Below the pieces are notes generated by a model. The model worked only from the letters and a program-made list of their open reading frames with translations. It made no database searches and had not been told where the DNA came from. Of a DNA stretch of 64,000 nucleotides, positions 17,566 through 28,900 are shown one piece after another (position 1 is the stretch's first letter; each line of letters starts with the position of its first letter). This DNA is from an uncultured virus (IMG/VR IMGVR_UViG_3300021960_000052) (Duplodnaviria; Heunggongvirae; Uroviricota; Caudoviricetes): IMG/VR virus record IMGVR_UViG_3300021960_000052. One strand, 5' to 3'. The translations under genes and the position numbers were made by a program.

Positions 17566-18480
17566 CTAGCCTGCTGTTGTCGACTTTTTTGGCTTACTAG
17601 TTGTTACTTTAGCCGGACCATCAGGATCACTGTCATCTACACCACTGTTTTGACGTGTCCAACTTGGATTTAATCCGTTCATTTCTAAGATATCGTCTCT
17701 GATGCTTTGGTTTTTCTTTTCAATGTTAAGCACACGGGTAAACGAATTGGTAATGGCCGCAGTGTAATAAGCAAACGGATTGTCTGATTTTGATTCATCA
17801 AACTGTAGACCAATTTGACTTAGTTGCAGTAGCGCCTGTCCACGCATTTCTTCATTGTAAGTATAACCACGCCAGTTTGATCTAGTAGCATAACGCTCAC
17901 ATAGTTTAATAAACATGTTGGCTAACTTCATAGTCATTTCACCGTGATCTTTTGAAAACTCACCTTTTTCTAATGTGCCTTTCCAGTGACTTTTACCAAC
18001 TAGATATGGCTTTCCGTTTTCGTCAACTCTGTAGTGCTGAAATGGAGGAAAGTTAACTTTAGCATGTACCTGATCATCAATACCGTAGTCTTCATCTTCT
18101 CTGGCTTCGTTAATGTCATCAAACATTTCTTCTAACTTAGCACGTTTCTTTAACTGTGCTTTAGTAGGCTTTTTATCTACCATTGGAATATGCTCCCAAG
18201 TCATAACACGAAATACTAAATCAGTATCTGCTATGTCCTTAGGCTCAATGATAATGCCTTGTTCTTTTTTTGTACGATCTATACGTGCTTGACGTGCTTC
18301 TTTAATACGTGTTTTATTAATTTTTAAAATATCATCTACAATAATATCATAATCTGAATCTGTTTCTCGATTAATATATTTGCAGTATGTTTTCTTTGAC
18401 TTGTGTATTTCTGCTAGAATGTCGCGATTATTTAGATAGTTAACCTTACGACCGCCTCTCATGATTTTTTGTTCTGCCAC
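17566..18480 (-). CDS. gp55: Late-transcription sigma factor (gp55-like)
   Basis: NYLNN.D...EI, NWRGYTY.EEM...A, FD..KS.NPFAYYT; GTG start with GGAG SD; gp55-47-46 synteny. Confidence 0.9.
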   Translation of the reverse strand: MAEQKIMRGGRKVNYLNNRDILAEIHKSKKTYCKYINRETDSDYDIIVDDILKINKTRIKEARQARIDRTKKEQGIIIEPKDIADTDLVFRVMTWEHIPMVDKKPTKAQLKKRAKLEEMFDDINEAREDEDYGIDDQVHAKVNFPPFQHYRVDENGKPYLVGKSHWKGTLEKGEFSKDHGEMTMKLANMFIKLCERYATRSNWRGYTYNEEMRGQALLQLSQIGLQFDESKSDNPFAYYTAAITNSFTRVLNIEKKNQSIRDDILEMNGLNPSWTRQNSGVDDSDPDGPAKVTTSKPKKSTTAG

Positions 18481-18509
18481 AGTAGTATTCTCCGTTTACG
18501 ATAGTATTA

Positions 18510-18537
18510 ATTATACATTCTTTCCGGCCCCTGTCAA
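18510..18537 (-). promoter_or_regulatory. Consensus sigma70 promoter driving the gp55-gp47-gp46 operon
   Basis: TTGACA (18537-18532), a 16-nt spacer, then TATAAT (18515-18510). Confidence 0.85.
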
Positions 18538-18578
18538 CCTTTTTTGGTTTAGCAATTATAGTGGGTTATTATTTTTCA

Positions 18579-18586
18579 AATAAATA
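18579..18586 (+). promoter_or_regulatory. Late promoter AATAAATA for the baseplate operon
   Basis: ATAAATA motif upstream of the GAGG SD and ATG 18609. Confidence 0.65.
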
Positions 18587-18608
18587 GTATGTATACAGAG
18601 GAAAACAA

Positions 18609-19985
18609 ATGGCATACAGATATGAAGATGGTATTGGATGGGTCTCTTATGACGAAAATGCTAATCCTACCATAGTAACACAACAGATTAATGTAGGCGA
18701 AGAGCCTGATTTTACTGATAGAACTACTGCGGGTCCTGCTGGTGCAGAGTTCTCACCTACTGAATATAGTTTACTTAAAAGTGAGGAAACCCTAGCACCA
18801 AACTTTCAGGTAGACCGAGGTCTAGGACAATCTAGTTCAAATGTAGAATATACAGGTGCAGTTCCACAACCTAATTTTGCACCAGTAGAAACTAATGATT
18901 CAGCAGTTACTTATGGTGAACCTATAGGTCCAGACTTTACTGGCGTAGGCACAGGCAGTCAAGTACCTGGCGACCGTGCTATTACAGGTCCATCTGAGCA
19001 AATAGGTCCACAATTTGGTGCTGGCGAAACACGTGGTACAGGAACCATTGGTGGCGATGCCGCTATTACAGAAGGACAACCTATAGGTCCAAACTTTAGT
19101 AATCCTACAGGCACAGGACCTGAAACACCCGGCGGTGGCGGATGGTCACCTGAAGAAGTACAGGTTGCCCGACAATCAGCACCAGCAGTTCCACAACGTC
19201 CATTAACAGAAGATTGGCGGTTTAGAATTGGACTAATGCCTGGCAGTGAAGTATTATATAAAGATGGTGACTCTTCAAGTTTACTATCTCCATTGTTGGC
19301 CACAGACGGTGTTATATTTCCATATACTCCAACTGTTATGGTTAATCATCGTGCTAACTACGATAAAATATCACCAGTACATTCAAACTATCCAACATAC
19401 TTTTATCAAAGTTCAGAGATCAGTGATGTACAGGTTAATGCTACATTTACAGCACAGTCAACAGAAGAAGCAGACTATATGATGGCTATGATACATTTCT
19501 TCCGTTCATCAACCAAAATGTTTTATGGACAAGATGCTAACAGAGGAACACCTCCACCATTACTAGCATTAACTGGTTTTGGACAACATCAGTTTAATTT
19601 TCATAAAGCAGTGTTAACACAATTTAACTATGCACTACCTGATGGTGTTGATTATATTAGAACAAGTGCAGGCGGAGTTGGCAGTATACAAGCACAGTCA
19701 TCAAGGGCAAATTTACAGGGCGGCAGTGGCAACTTTGGTATATTTGGTATTGCATCACGTATTGGTAGACTATTTGGTATTGGTGCCACACCTGGAGCAG
19801 AAGTACAATTCCAAGCCGCAAACGAAGGAACCAACCTAGCAAGAGCTGGTGCAAGTTATGTGCCAACTAAAATTGAAATTAGTTTAACCTTGTTACCAGT
19901 TGTTACAAGAGCAGAGCAAAGTCGACAATTTAGTCTTAAAGACTACGCATCTGGTAAAGGATTATCACAGAGAGGACAATGGTAA
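18609..19985 (+). CDS. Baseplate / tail-tube initiator-like protein (gp48/gp54-type) with an N-terminal repeat extension
   Basis: C-terminal GVIFPYTP, HSNY, FTAQ...EA and GTPPP; N-terminal P[DN]F repeats; first gene of the baseplate operon. Confidence 0.6.
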   Translation: MAYRYEDGIGWVSYDENANPTIVTQQINVGEEPDFTDRTTAGPAGAEFSPTEYSLLKSEETLAPNFQVDRGLGQSSSNVEYTGAVPQPNFAPVETNDSAVTYGEPIGPDFTGVGTGSQVPGDRAITGPSEQIGPQFGAGETRGTGTIGGDAAITEGQPIGPNFSNPTGTGPETPGGGGWSPEEVQVARQSAPAVPQRPLTEDWRFRIGLMPGSEVLYKDGDSSSLLSPLLATDGVIFPYTPTVMVNHRANYDKISPVHSNYPTYFYQSSEISDVQVNATFTAQSTEEADYMMAMIHFFRSSTKMFYGQDANRGTPPPLLALTGFGQHQFNFHKAVLTQFNYALPDGVDYIRTSAGGVGSIQAQSSRANLQGGSGNFGIFGIASRIGRLFGIGATPGAEVQFQAANEGTNLARAGASYVPTKIEISLTLLPVVTRAEQSRQFSLKDYASGKGLSQRGQW

Positions 19986-20287
19986 TGGCCGCAAAATACT
20001 CACCAAACTCACCTTATTTTCAAACACCTAAAACAGAAGGATATTTGGACGTCATGACTGATCGTCCTATCCCTAAACAAAACGATGATCAGATTATTGA
20101 AATTAATCAAACATATCAATATCGTCCAGATTTATTAGCCAATGACTTATATGGTGATCCAGGATTATGGTGGGTGTTTGCACAGCGTAATCCAAATGCA
20201 ATTAAAGATCCAATCTGGGATTTTCGTACAGGCATTAAAATTTATCTTCCTAAAATAACAACATTAAAAACAGCATTAGGATTGTAA
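19985..20287 (+). CDS. gp53: Baseplate wedge protein (gp53/LysM-like)
   Basis: YRPDLLA.DLYGD..LWWVFA.RN...I.DP..DF..G..I.LP motif; TAATG coupling suggests the start is 19985. Confidence 0.8.
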   Translation: MAAKYSPNSPYFQTPKTEGYLDVMTDRPIPKQNDDQIIEINQTYQYRPDLLANDLYGDPGLWWVFAQRNPNAIKDPIWDFRTGIKIYLPKITTLKTALGL

Positions 20288-20288
20288 G

Positions 20289-23228
20289 ATGCCAACTATA
20301 ACTGAAGTACTTCAAAGGCAGACTGGTGCTATTCGAGGAATGGACAATGCCAATGCACGTGCAGATCGTGTACTTGCTAATCCTGACAGCACAAAACAAA
20401 ATTTTTACAACGCTAAAAATGATGTGCGTGTTGCCAGTCAAGAAGGACGCAACGCAAGATACGAAGCAGAAGTATTTCAAAGATCAAACATCACAGAGTA
20501 CGACAGTGAAATAACAACCAATAATGAGTTGATCCAACAAAGACGTCAAGAAAGTTATCAACGTATTACACAGTTAGACAGCAAAATAGGTCCAGACTTT
20601 ACTCCAGTGGTAGAACAAGCAGGAGTAGGTGGTGACACTGCTATAACAGGAACTGATGACGCTGTTGCTCCTGACTTTACTCCAATTAGAGGAGAAACAC
20701 AAGGTGCTACATCCTCGGGTAGTATAGTTGACAACGAAGCTCAAGCAGGTGCAGACGGTGCAGGAACACAAACACCATATCCAAGTCACTTAACAAATCC
20801 AGCTGGACAACCAGTTACTGAATCAAATGCTGATTTAATACCAACGTCACCATATGGCACAACCGCGGCGGCTCCGGTAACTCCTGATATTCTAATCGGA
20901 GGAAAAGTTTCTCAAGATGATACTGCTGATATTGGTAACAATCAGTTTACTCAATCAACAAACGGTGGAGTATCTACAGCAAAAGCATTTTCTGAAAAGT
21001 TTAGTCCGCAATTAAATCCAACAGCAGAGTTTGCACAGTTAACTTATAATATAGCATTGTATCTACAAACTCCTGAACAGTATAAAAGAATGGTGGTTGA
21101 ACAAACTAAAAGTACACAAGGTCTCAAAAAAATTCTACAAAGCGGCGGCAACAGTCAAAATGAAGATGTAATTTTTCCAGACTTGTATATTAATGATTTA
21201 GAAGTTGAAACTCTAATGGACAGTATGACACAGTCACCGCACAATGTAGTACAGCTAAGATTTAACATCATTGAACCAATGGGATATACATTCTTTAAAA
21301 AACTAAGACAGTTATGTCACGAAAATGGAATGACAGAAATTGCTAAACAACATTATCTTATGGTTATTAAGTTTAAAGGCTTTGATGAAAACGGTAAAGA
21401 GTTAAGTGATAAAGATGATAATCGTTTAACTAAGTTTGTACCATTTACTTTTAGTAAAATTTTAACTAAAGTCCATGAGGGTGCAGTTACCTACGATTGC
21501 CAGGCGATAGCACATAATCATCAAGTTGGTTTATCTGCTAAACGAGCAACTATACCTTTTAATGTTGAACTAGTAGGGCAAACATTGGGAGACATGTTTA
21601 ATGCTAGTGTAAACCTAACAAGGAATCCAGCAAAATCTACAAGTCAAACAACAGCAACATCACCTTTTGGCACAACAGAAACCACAGTTACCCCAGGTAT
21701 ACTTAAAGGTAGTGCTACAGGTACACCTCAACAAAGCAAAGGCATTATTGATGCGTTAAATGAACAACAGAAAAAGTTAGCCAAAGAAAACGGATATAAA
21801 CACGCTGACAAGTATAAAGTTACCTTTAATGGCGATATAGGTAAAGCAAAATGTATTTCTAGTGATACACTGTTAAAAGTTAAAAGTAAAACACCAATGA
21901 GTGCCAGTGCAAGTGCCGCGGCCAATGCTTTACTAAATTCTATGACTATGGATAAAACAAGACAGATTTATTCAGTAGCACCAATGCCATTACATCAGTT
22001 TATTGATATTATGGTTAGGTCAAGTGATTACATTACTAAACAACAAACACATATTATTGATCCAAAAACAGGTAAAACAAAACCTAATCCTGCACAGAAT
22101 AAATTTTTACAATGGTATCACATTGGCATTAGACTACTACCAATTGAGTGGGACGAAAAACGTGCAGACTATGCTTATGAAATAGAATATATTGTTTCGC
22201 CTAAACAAATTGCAGACACGTATTCTCCATTCTTTCCTAAAGCACCATTGAGAGGAGTACACAAAACTTATCAATATTGGTTCACAGGTGAGAATACAGA
22301 AATATTAAGTTATGAACAAGAACTAAATGCAACATACTTTGTTGCTATGGACGGAAGAATAGAACAACCAGATCAACAGATCACAGAGGAATCCCAAAAA
22401 TCAACACCAAAAGCATTTGTAAATAAATCTGGATCCAGTGGTCTAGGACAACCTGGCGATAATGCCAGTGCGGCAATGCAGGCCGCTGATGTGATTTATT
22501 CATCAGTAGACTTCCAAAAGTTTAATATGGAAATTATAGGTGATCCAGATTACATTCAACAAAATGATATATTGTATACCAGTGGCGATACTTATGAGCC
22601 ATTTTTAGCAGATGGTTCTATCAACTTTGATGCCAGTGAAGTATTTGTTGAAGTAGGATTTAAAACAATGGAAGACTACAACGCACTAACCGGTGGAGCT
22701 GATCTTAAAGATCCAACGTTTATTGATGGTGCTGGCAACAGTAGTACAAAGTTAATTTATAAACTAACTAAAATAATGTCTAGATTTGCTGACGGTAAAA
22801 TGACTCAAAACATGGAAGGACTACTACGTGAATTTGACGAGGAAGAATCCCAACAAGAACAACAAAGAGAAGAGCAGGTTAAACAACCATTTGTAGGTCC
22901 AAAGCGTAACGGAAATGCAGTTCCTGGACAACAAGCAATAACAGAAGGCAGTAACAAACATGCTCCAGACTTTACTCCAGTATCGATTAAAGGTAATAAA
23001 GTACCTGGTGAGGCCGCTGTCACACAAAATTCAGATATTGCTCCAGACTTTACACCCATTGGTGTAGCACAAAACGGCCAGGGCGTTTATGACACTGCTG
23101 GTCCTATAGGACCTAACTTTGCACCAATAGATAACGGAAACAGTGTTCCTGGACAACGAGCAATAACACCAGATGACCCAACTGCCCCTGACTTTTTACC
23201 CATCAGAGGCGAAACACAAGGTAATTAA
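20289..23228 (+). CDS. Baseplate hub protein (gp27-like position) with repeat-rich termini
   Basis: Position between the gp53-like and gp5-like genes; F.IIEP.G, Y.Y.FTG.N and MEIIGDP.Y motifs. Confidence 0.6.
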   Translation: MPTITEVLQRQTGAIRGMDNANARADRVLANPDSTKQNFYNAKNDVRVASQEGRNARYEAEVFQRSNITEYDSEITTNNELIQQRRQESYQRITQLDSKIGPDFTPVVEQAGVGGDTAITGTDDAVAPDFTPIRGETQGATSSGSIVDNEAQAGADGAGTQTPYPSHLTNPAGQPVTESNADLIPTSPYGTTAAAPVTPDILIGGKVSQDDTADIGNNQFTQSTNGGVSTAKAFSEKFSPQLNPTAEFAQLTYNIALYLQTPEQYKRMVVEQTKSTQGLKKILQSGGNSQNEDVIFPDLYINDLEVETLMDSMTQSPHNVVQLRFNIIEPMGYTFFKKLRQLCHENGMTEIAKQHYLMVIKFKGFDENGKELSDKDDNRLTKFVPFTFSKILTKVHEGAVTYDCQAIAHNHQVGLSAKRATIPFNVELVGQTLGDMFNASVNLTRNPAKSTSQTTATSPFGTTETTVTPGILKGSATGTPQQSKGIIDALNEQQKKLAKENGYKHADKYKVTFNGDIGKAKCISSDTLLKVKSKTPMSASASAAANALLNSMTMDKTRQIYSVAPMPLHQFIDIMVRSSDYITKQQTHIIDPKTGKTKPNPAQNKFLQWYHIGIRLLPIEWDEKRADYAYEIEYIVSPKQIADTYSPFFPKAPLRGVHKTYQYWFTGENTEILSYEQELNATYFVAMDGRIEQPDQQITEESQKSTPKAFVNKSGSSGLGQPGDNASAAMQAADVIYSSVDFQKFNMEIIGDPDYIQQNDILYTSGDTYEPFLADGSINFDASEVFVEVGFKTMEDYNALTGGADLKDPTFIDGAGNSSTKLIYKLTKIMSRFADGKMTQNMEGLLREFDEEESQQEQQREEQVKQPFVGPKRNGNAVPGQQAITEGSNKHAPDFTPVSIKGNKVPGEAAVTQNSDIAPDFTPIGVAQNGQGVYDTAGPIGPNFAPIDNGNSVPGQRAITPDDPTAPDFLPIRGETQGN

Positions 23229-23234
23229 TAGAGT

Positions 23235-25469
23235 ATGGCTGAAGATCACATAAGAAGTAGAGGACAAACACAAGGATACAAGCACGGCACTGGTAATCAG
23301 ATGCCAGCTACTCCTGGTCCGTATATAGGCATTGTTAAAAACAATATTGATCCAACACGAGCCGCTCGATTACAAGTATACATTGAGCAATTTGCTGGTC
23401 CAAACAAAGAGGATGAAGCAAACTGGAGAACAGTAAATTACTTGCCTCCATTTTTTGGATCAACTGAACACTCAGGAGCCAAACAAGGTACAGGTTCTTA
23501 CATAGGCAATAAACATTCATATGGTATGTGGTTTACTCCTCCAGACATTGGAACAAAAGTATTATGTTTCTTTGTAGCAGGTGACCCAAATCAAGGTTAC
23601 TATGTAGGGTGTATTCCTGAAGACAGTCTAAATCATATGGTGCCTGCTATTGGTTCAGCAACCACATACCTAGCCGGCGAAGAAGCCAAACCTTTTGTTT
23701 CAGGTGCTAGTCAGGTTCCAGTAACTGAAATTAACAACGAAGATCCTACAATCAATGATGATCCGCAATTTTATAAAAGAGAAAAGCCAGTACACAAGTA
23801 TCTAGCGGCCAATCTGTTTAGTCAAGGTCTTATTAAAGATAATGTTAGAGGACCTATTACATCAACAGCACAGCGTGAATCGCCCTCAAATGTATTTGGA
23901 GTAAGCACACCTGGTAAACCTATCTATGCCAAAGTCAAAGGTGATGATGTACAAGAGATTAAAGAAAAACTAAAAAGTGGTGACTTAAAATCTGAAGATA
24001 TCAAAGTTGTTGGCAGAGAAGGTGGACATAGTATTGTTCTTGATGATGGTGACATTGAAGGTAAAGATCAACTAGTAAGAATTAGAACAGCACAAGGTCA
24101 TCAGATCTTAATGAGCGATGACGGTGAATGTTTACATATTATTCATGCCAATGGTCTGTCCTGGGTTGAACTAGGCAAAGAAGGTACAGTAGATGTATTT
24201 TCAACTAATTCAATTAACATGCGTACTCAAGGTAGCATTAACTTTCATGCTGACAAAGACATTAATATGTACGCAGGCAGAAACATAAACACACGCAGTT
24301 TAAATTCAACAACAATTGAAGCACAAAATGAAATGTTAGTTACTGGTCTTAACTATGCTAGTGTTTACAGTAAACAACTTGTAGCTGTACGTAGTGATAA
24401 TACCACTGCTATTGATGCCGCCAAGTACGGAAGTTATACCGGTGGCGATAAGATAGACGTAAAAGCAGGTATTGTTAATCTAAACAACGGCGGTGGCATT
24501 AATGTAACTCCAAATAGATTAATTAAGAAAAACAAAGTTAGTGATGCTGTTTATAATAATGGATGGCAAGCAGAGTACAGCAAACTTGAAACTATTGCAA
24601 CTAGAGTACCACATCACGAACCATGGCCATATCATAACCTAGGTGTTGAAAATTCTGTAACACAAGGCACGCCTCCACAAAAAGCACTAAATCCTGCTGT
24701 GGCAGTTGTTTCAAATCAAATAGCAAGTAAGGCACCTACTAATCCAATTACTACAACAGATTATGCCAAACAAGCACAGGCAACAAAAAGCATTGGCAGT
24801 CTAGATCAAGACCAAGCAACAGGTATGTTAGCACAAAAAGCTAAAGATGTTGGCCAAGCGGCTAATATAGTAAGCCCTGATAAAGGTATAGGATCTTATG
24901 GCATTTCAGCAAAACAATTAGAAGAAACAGGATACCTAAAACCAGGCACAGCGGCTAAGTTCCTTAAAGATCCTTCTGCTCTAGTAACAGATGGATTTGG
25001 CAATCAAACTACACAGTTAGAAGCGGTGCTTAAAAATACAAATGTATGGACTGGCAAGGGCGGAACCAACAACCTAACCGAGTTCTTAAAAAATCCATCA
25101 ACACAGTCAACTGCCATGGAAGATATTTATAGTTCAAGTTTATCACAATTAAAATCTCGTGGACTAGTAACAGGCGGCGAATCACCTGAACAACTTAGTG
25201 GATTACTACAAGCAGGATCAACTTATGGTGTTGATGCTGTTCAGGAATGGACCAAGGGCGGTGGCAATACGATAATCAACGCAGGGATTGAACAAACAGC
25301 ACGTAATGCACAGTATGCTACTAATTTAGTTGAAAATAAAATTGCTAATTTAAGTAAGAGTTATGGTAACCCAGGTGGCTTTGCTAACACAGTTGATGTG
25401 TCTGCAGTGCTTAATTCTGTTAATAAGATTACAGGAGATGTGCGTATTAGGAAGCCAAAATTCTTCTAA
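23235..25469 (+). CDS. gp5: Baseplate central spike (gp5-like OB-fold and beta-helix) with an extra C-terminal domain
   Basis: GIVKNN.DP....RLQV, YGMWF.PPD.G..V, GGH..VLDDG, RIRT..GHQI.M.D and beta-helix repeats. Confidence 0.8.
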   Translation: MAEDHIRSRGQTQGYKHGTGNQMPATPGPYIGIVKNNIDPTRAARLQVYIEQFAGPNKEDEANWRTVNYLPPFFGSTEHSGAKQGTGSYIGNKHSYGMWFTPPDIGTKVLCFFVAGDPNQGYYVGCIPEDSLNHMVPAIGSATTYLAGEEAKPFVSGASQVPVTEINNEDPTINDDPQFYKREKPVHKYLAANLFSQGLIKDNVRGPITSTAQRESPSNVFGVSTPGKPIYAKVKGDDVQEIKEKLKSGDLKSEDIKVVGREGGHSIVLDDGDIEGKDQLVRIRTAQGHQILMSDDGECLHIIHANGLSWVELGKEGTVDVFSTNSINMRTQGSINFHADKDINMYAGRNINTRSLNSTTIEAQNEMLVTGLNYASVYSKQLVAVRSDNTTAIDAAKYGSYTGGDKIDVKAGIVNLNNGGGINVTPNRLIKKNKVSDAVYNNGWQAEYSKLETIATRVPHHEPWPYHNLGVENSVTQGTPPQKALNPAVAVVSNQIASKAPTNPITTTDYAKQAQATKSIGSLDQDQATGMLAQKAKDVGQAANIVSPDKGIGSYGISAKQLEETGYLKPGTAAKFLKDPSALVTDGFGNQTTQLEAVLKNTNVWTGKGGTNNLTEFLKNPSTQSTAMEDIYSSSLSQLKSRGLVTGGESPEQLSGLLQAGSTYGVDAVQEWTKGGGNTIINAGIEQTARNAQYATNLVENKIANLSKSYGNPGGFANTVDVSAVLNSVNKITGDVRIRKPKFF

Positions 25470-25477
25470 AAATACTC

Positions 25478-25485
25478 GATAAATA
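25478..25485 (+). promoter_or_regulatory. Late promoter GATAAATA
   Basis: 7 nt before the gp25 ATG, with no SD in between. Confidence 0.7.
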
Positions 25486-25492
25486 ATATACT

Positions 25493-25867
25493 ATGGCAAG
25501 ATTCTACGGATACAGTTCAATTGGCAGAAACAAAAAGTTTCGCTTAGAAGACTTTGAATTAATTAAAAGAGATTTGTTAAACAATCTTTTAATTAGACAA
25601 GGTGAAGTTCCAGGCAGACCTAATGTTGGTACTGATTTATGGAATTACTTGTTTGAAACTGTAGACGACAAAACTCTAAGACAGTTAGAAAACGAAATGC
25701 GTAAAGCCATAGAACGTGACCCTAGAGTTAAAGTAGATGACATTGTGTTTTATTCACAAGAAAATGGTTTACTAGTTGAATTATCCGTATCAACTGTACA
25801 ATCATCAGAAAGTCAAATGCTGAGACTTTTCCTCAATACACAAAACTTAACAGCCGACTACATATAA
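25493..25867 (+). CDS. gp25: Baseplate wedge / sheath initiator (gp25-like)
   Basis: D.ELIKRDLLN....R.GE...P..G..LW..LFE and DPRV motifs. Confidence 0.9.
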   Translation: MARFYGYSSIGRNKKFRLEDFELIKRDLLNNLLIRQGEVPGRPNVGTDLWNYLFETVDDKTLRQLENEMRKAIERDPRVKVDDIVFYSQENGLLVELSVSTVQSSESQMLRLFLNTQNLTADYI

Positions 25868-25887
25868 TATACGCACTTTATTAAAGT

Positions 25888-25895
25888 GATAAATA
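25888..25895 (+). promoter_or_regulatory. Late promoter GATAAATA
   Basis: Intergenic, upstream of the gp6-like gene. Confidence 0.7.
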
Positions 25896-25922
25896 CTTGT
25901 AATAAAGGAATATAGGTAATCT

Positions 25923-28900
25923 ATGGCTAAGACTACACGACAAACCGCTATATTTGGGGCGGAAGATTGGAAGAAGTTATACCGTACTTTCAAAGAAGCA
26001 GATTTTCAAAGTTATGACTTTGAGACTCTAAGAAAGTCAATGGTAGACTACTTACGTCTATACTACCCTGAAACATTTAACGACTTTACAGAATCAAGTG
26101 AATTTGTTGCACTATTAGATCTAATGGCATTTATGGGCCAAGGTCTTGCTTTCCGTAGTGATTTAAACACACGTGAAAACTTTTTAGACACAGCAGAACG
26201 TAGAGATTCAGTAATTAAACTTGCTAAACTTGTTGGATATACTCCAAAGCGTAACCTTAATGGTAATGGCTTTTTAAAAGTAACAGCAGTATCAACAACA
26301 GAATCTGTTTTAGATTATAACAATCAAAACTTATCTGGATTAACTATAAACTGGAATGACGTTACTAACCCTGATTGGTTAGAACAATTCAATGCAATTA
26401 TGAATGCCTCCATGGTGGATAGCCAACGCTTTGGTCGCCCAGGTAACAGCCAAAAGATTTTAGGTGTACAAACAGACGAATATCAAATTAATACAACACC
26501 AAACACACTACCTATTGCTAGTTTTGAAAGCAGTGTTGATGGCATCTCAATGGATTTTGAAATTGTATCAGGCACTTCGCTTAATAAAACTTATGTATAC
26601 GAACAAAGCCCACAACCAAGTGGTGCGTTTAATGTACTTTATAAAAATGACAAACTAGGGTATGGTTCAGAAAATACTGGTTACTTCTTTATGTTCAAGC
26701 AAGGAGCATTAAGTAATCAAGACTTTACATTAGTTGATCGTATTTCTAATAGATCAGTTAACATTAATGTTGAAGGCATTAATGAAAATGATGTATGGCT
26801 GTTTGAATTAACTGAGAATGGCAACGCATTAGTTGAATGGTCTCCAGTTGACAACATCTACTCTGTTGACGAAACAGGTGGACAAAGAAGTAGAACAGTC
26901 TATCAAGTTAATACAAGAACAAATGATCAAATTTCCTTACAGTTTGGCGATGGTACTTTCTCAAAAATACCTTTAGGTGATTATAGAGCATACATGAGAC
27001 AATCAAATGGATTGGAATATGTAATTAATCCTGAAGAAATTCAAAACATACAGGTACCTATTAATTACGTAAGTCGTAAAGGTCGCGTTGAAACATTAAC
27101 TCTAACAGTTAGTTTACAGTCACCAGTTTCAAACTCTAAGTCAAGAGAAACTGTCAGTGAAATTAAAGAACGTGCACCAGCGGCTTTCTACACACAGAAC
27201 AGAATGGTCAATGGTGAAGACTATAACAACTTCCCATATACAAGATTTACAAGTATTTTAAAATCAAAAGCAATAGCACGATCAGGCATTGGTATTAATC
27301 GCCAGTTAGATTTATTAGATCCAACAGGTAAGTACTCGTCTACAACAGCATTTGCCAGTGATGGTATGTTATATAGATCATTTACTGATCCAACAAAAAC
27401 ATTTTCATTCTTAGATACAAATGATATTGCTGACGTAATTCAAGGCACACTAGAGCCAATAATTAAATCACGTGCATTACGTCATTTTTTCTATGATAAA
27501 TTTCAACGTATTCCAGTAACAAACATTAAATGGAATCAATCAACGGCTATTGTAAACCAAACAACTGGTTACTTTAAAGATAACAGTTCGGGTGGAGCAG
27601 TTGCGATAGGTGCATTTGCCAGTGGAGATACCAAGTATATTCAGGAAGGTTCTCTAGTTAAATTTGTACCACCTGAGAATCAATACTTTGATGCTAACAA
27701 TAGATTACAGTCAGGTGTACCAACTAAGGCAAATGAAAAATTAGTACTATGGGCAACTGTAACTAAACTTGTATTAGATGGAACTAACTTTGGGCAAGGT
27801 AATTTAAGTGATGGCACAGGTCCTGTAACATTTAACGAATATCTTCCTAGTGGTTGTATTCCAACAGAAATTATTCCTAAGTTTATTACAGACTTACCAA
27901 CAACATTTGAAGGTCAGGTTATTGAACAGATTGAAGTATACAGAGACTTTGGTCTAGGTTATGATGAAAAAACAGCCACCTGGTATATTATTTCAACAGA
28001 TAACTTAAACGAAAATGCTGAATATAACAACAGTTATGCTAAAAACAAAGATGGATTAAATCGTGATGCGTCGTGGCTAATTCAGTTTACTACAGATGGT
28101 GAAATATACACTATCAAGTATCGTAACTTGGGCTATTACTTTGCATCTGTATTAGAAAACAGATTTATATTTGATTCAAATGCAAAAGTGTATGATCCTA
28201 AAACAGGTAAAACTGTTAACGACAACGTTACAGTATTAAAAGCAAATACTAAACCTGATGCTAACGAAAACCTAACAACAGATGTTAGACTTGACATTAT
28301 TGGTCAAGAAACTGAATCAGATGGTTTTGTAGATAACTTTAAAGTGTTAGTAAGTTATTCAGACAAAGATTCAGATGATATTGCTGATAACCCAGACATT
28401 TTTAGAGATTTAGTTAACCCAGATACAAACCCAAATACAAAATATGTATTCTTTAATCGTCAAACAGACTTTGACAATTTAGAAAGATGGGTGCCTATCA
28501 GCAGTGGCAGTATTAATATGATATTTGCTGATTTAGAAAAAGTTGAGGCTAAGAAAACTGAATATCTAAACGGACAAGTATTCTATGCGTATACTGATAA
28601 GAAATTCTATAAGTTAGCAATTACAGGCAATGAGTTTACTATTACAGAAACTAAAGACTATCGTGTAGCAGTGGGTAGACAAGATTTGTATTTCCAATAC
28701 AAACATAATTCACCTAACACACGTAGAATTGATCCAGCATTGACAAACATTATTGATTTGTTTTTAGTAACTAATACATATTATACAACTTATACAAACT
28801 GGATTAAAGATACAACTAATTCAATTAAGAAGCCTGATCAGCCAACCATTGATGAATTAACACTGGCATATAACTCATTAGAAGATTATAAAATGGCCAG

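Noticed and set aside
18700..23226. CRISPR array or diversity-generating retroelement interpretation of the repeats
   Set aside because: The repeats are in-frame, degenerate at the DNA level and irregularly spaced. There is no adenine-specific TR/VR pattern, and no reverse transcriptase or cas gene in the window.
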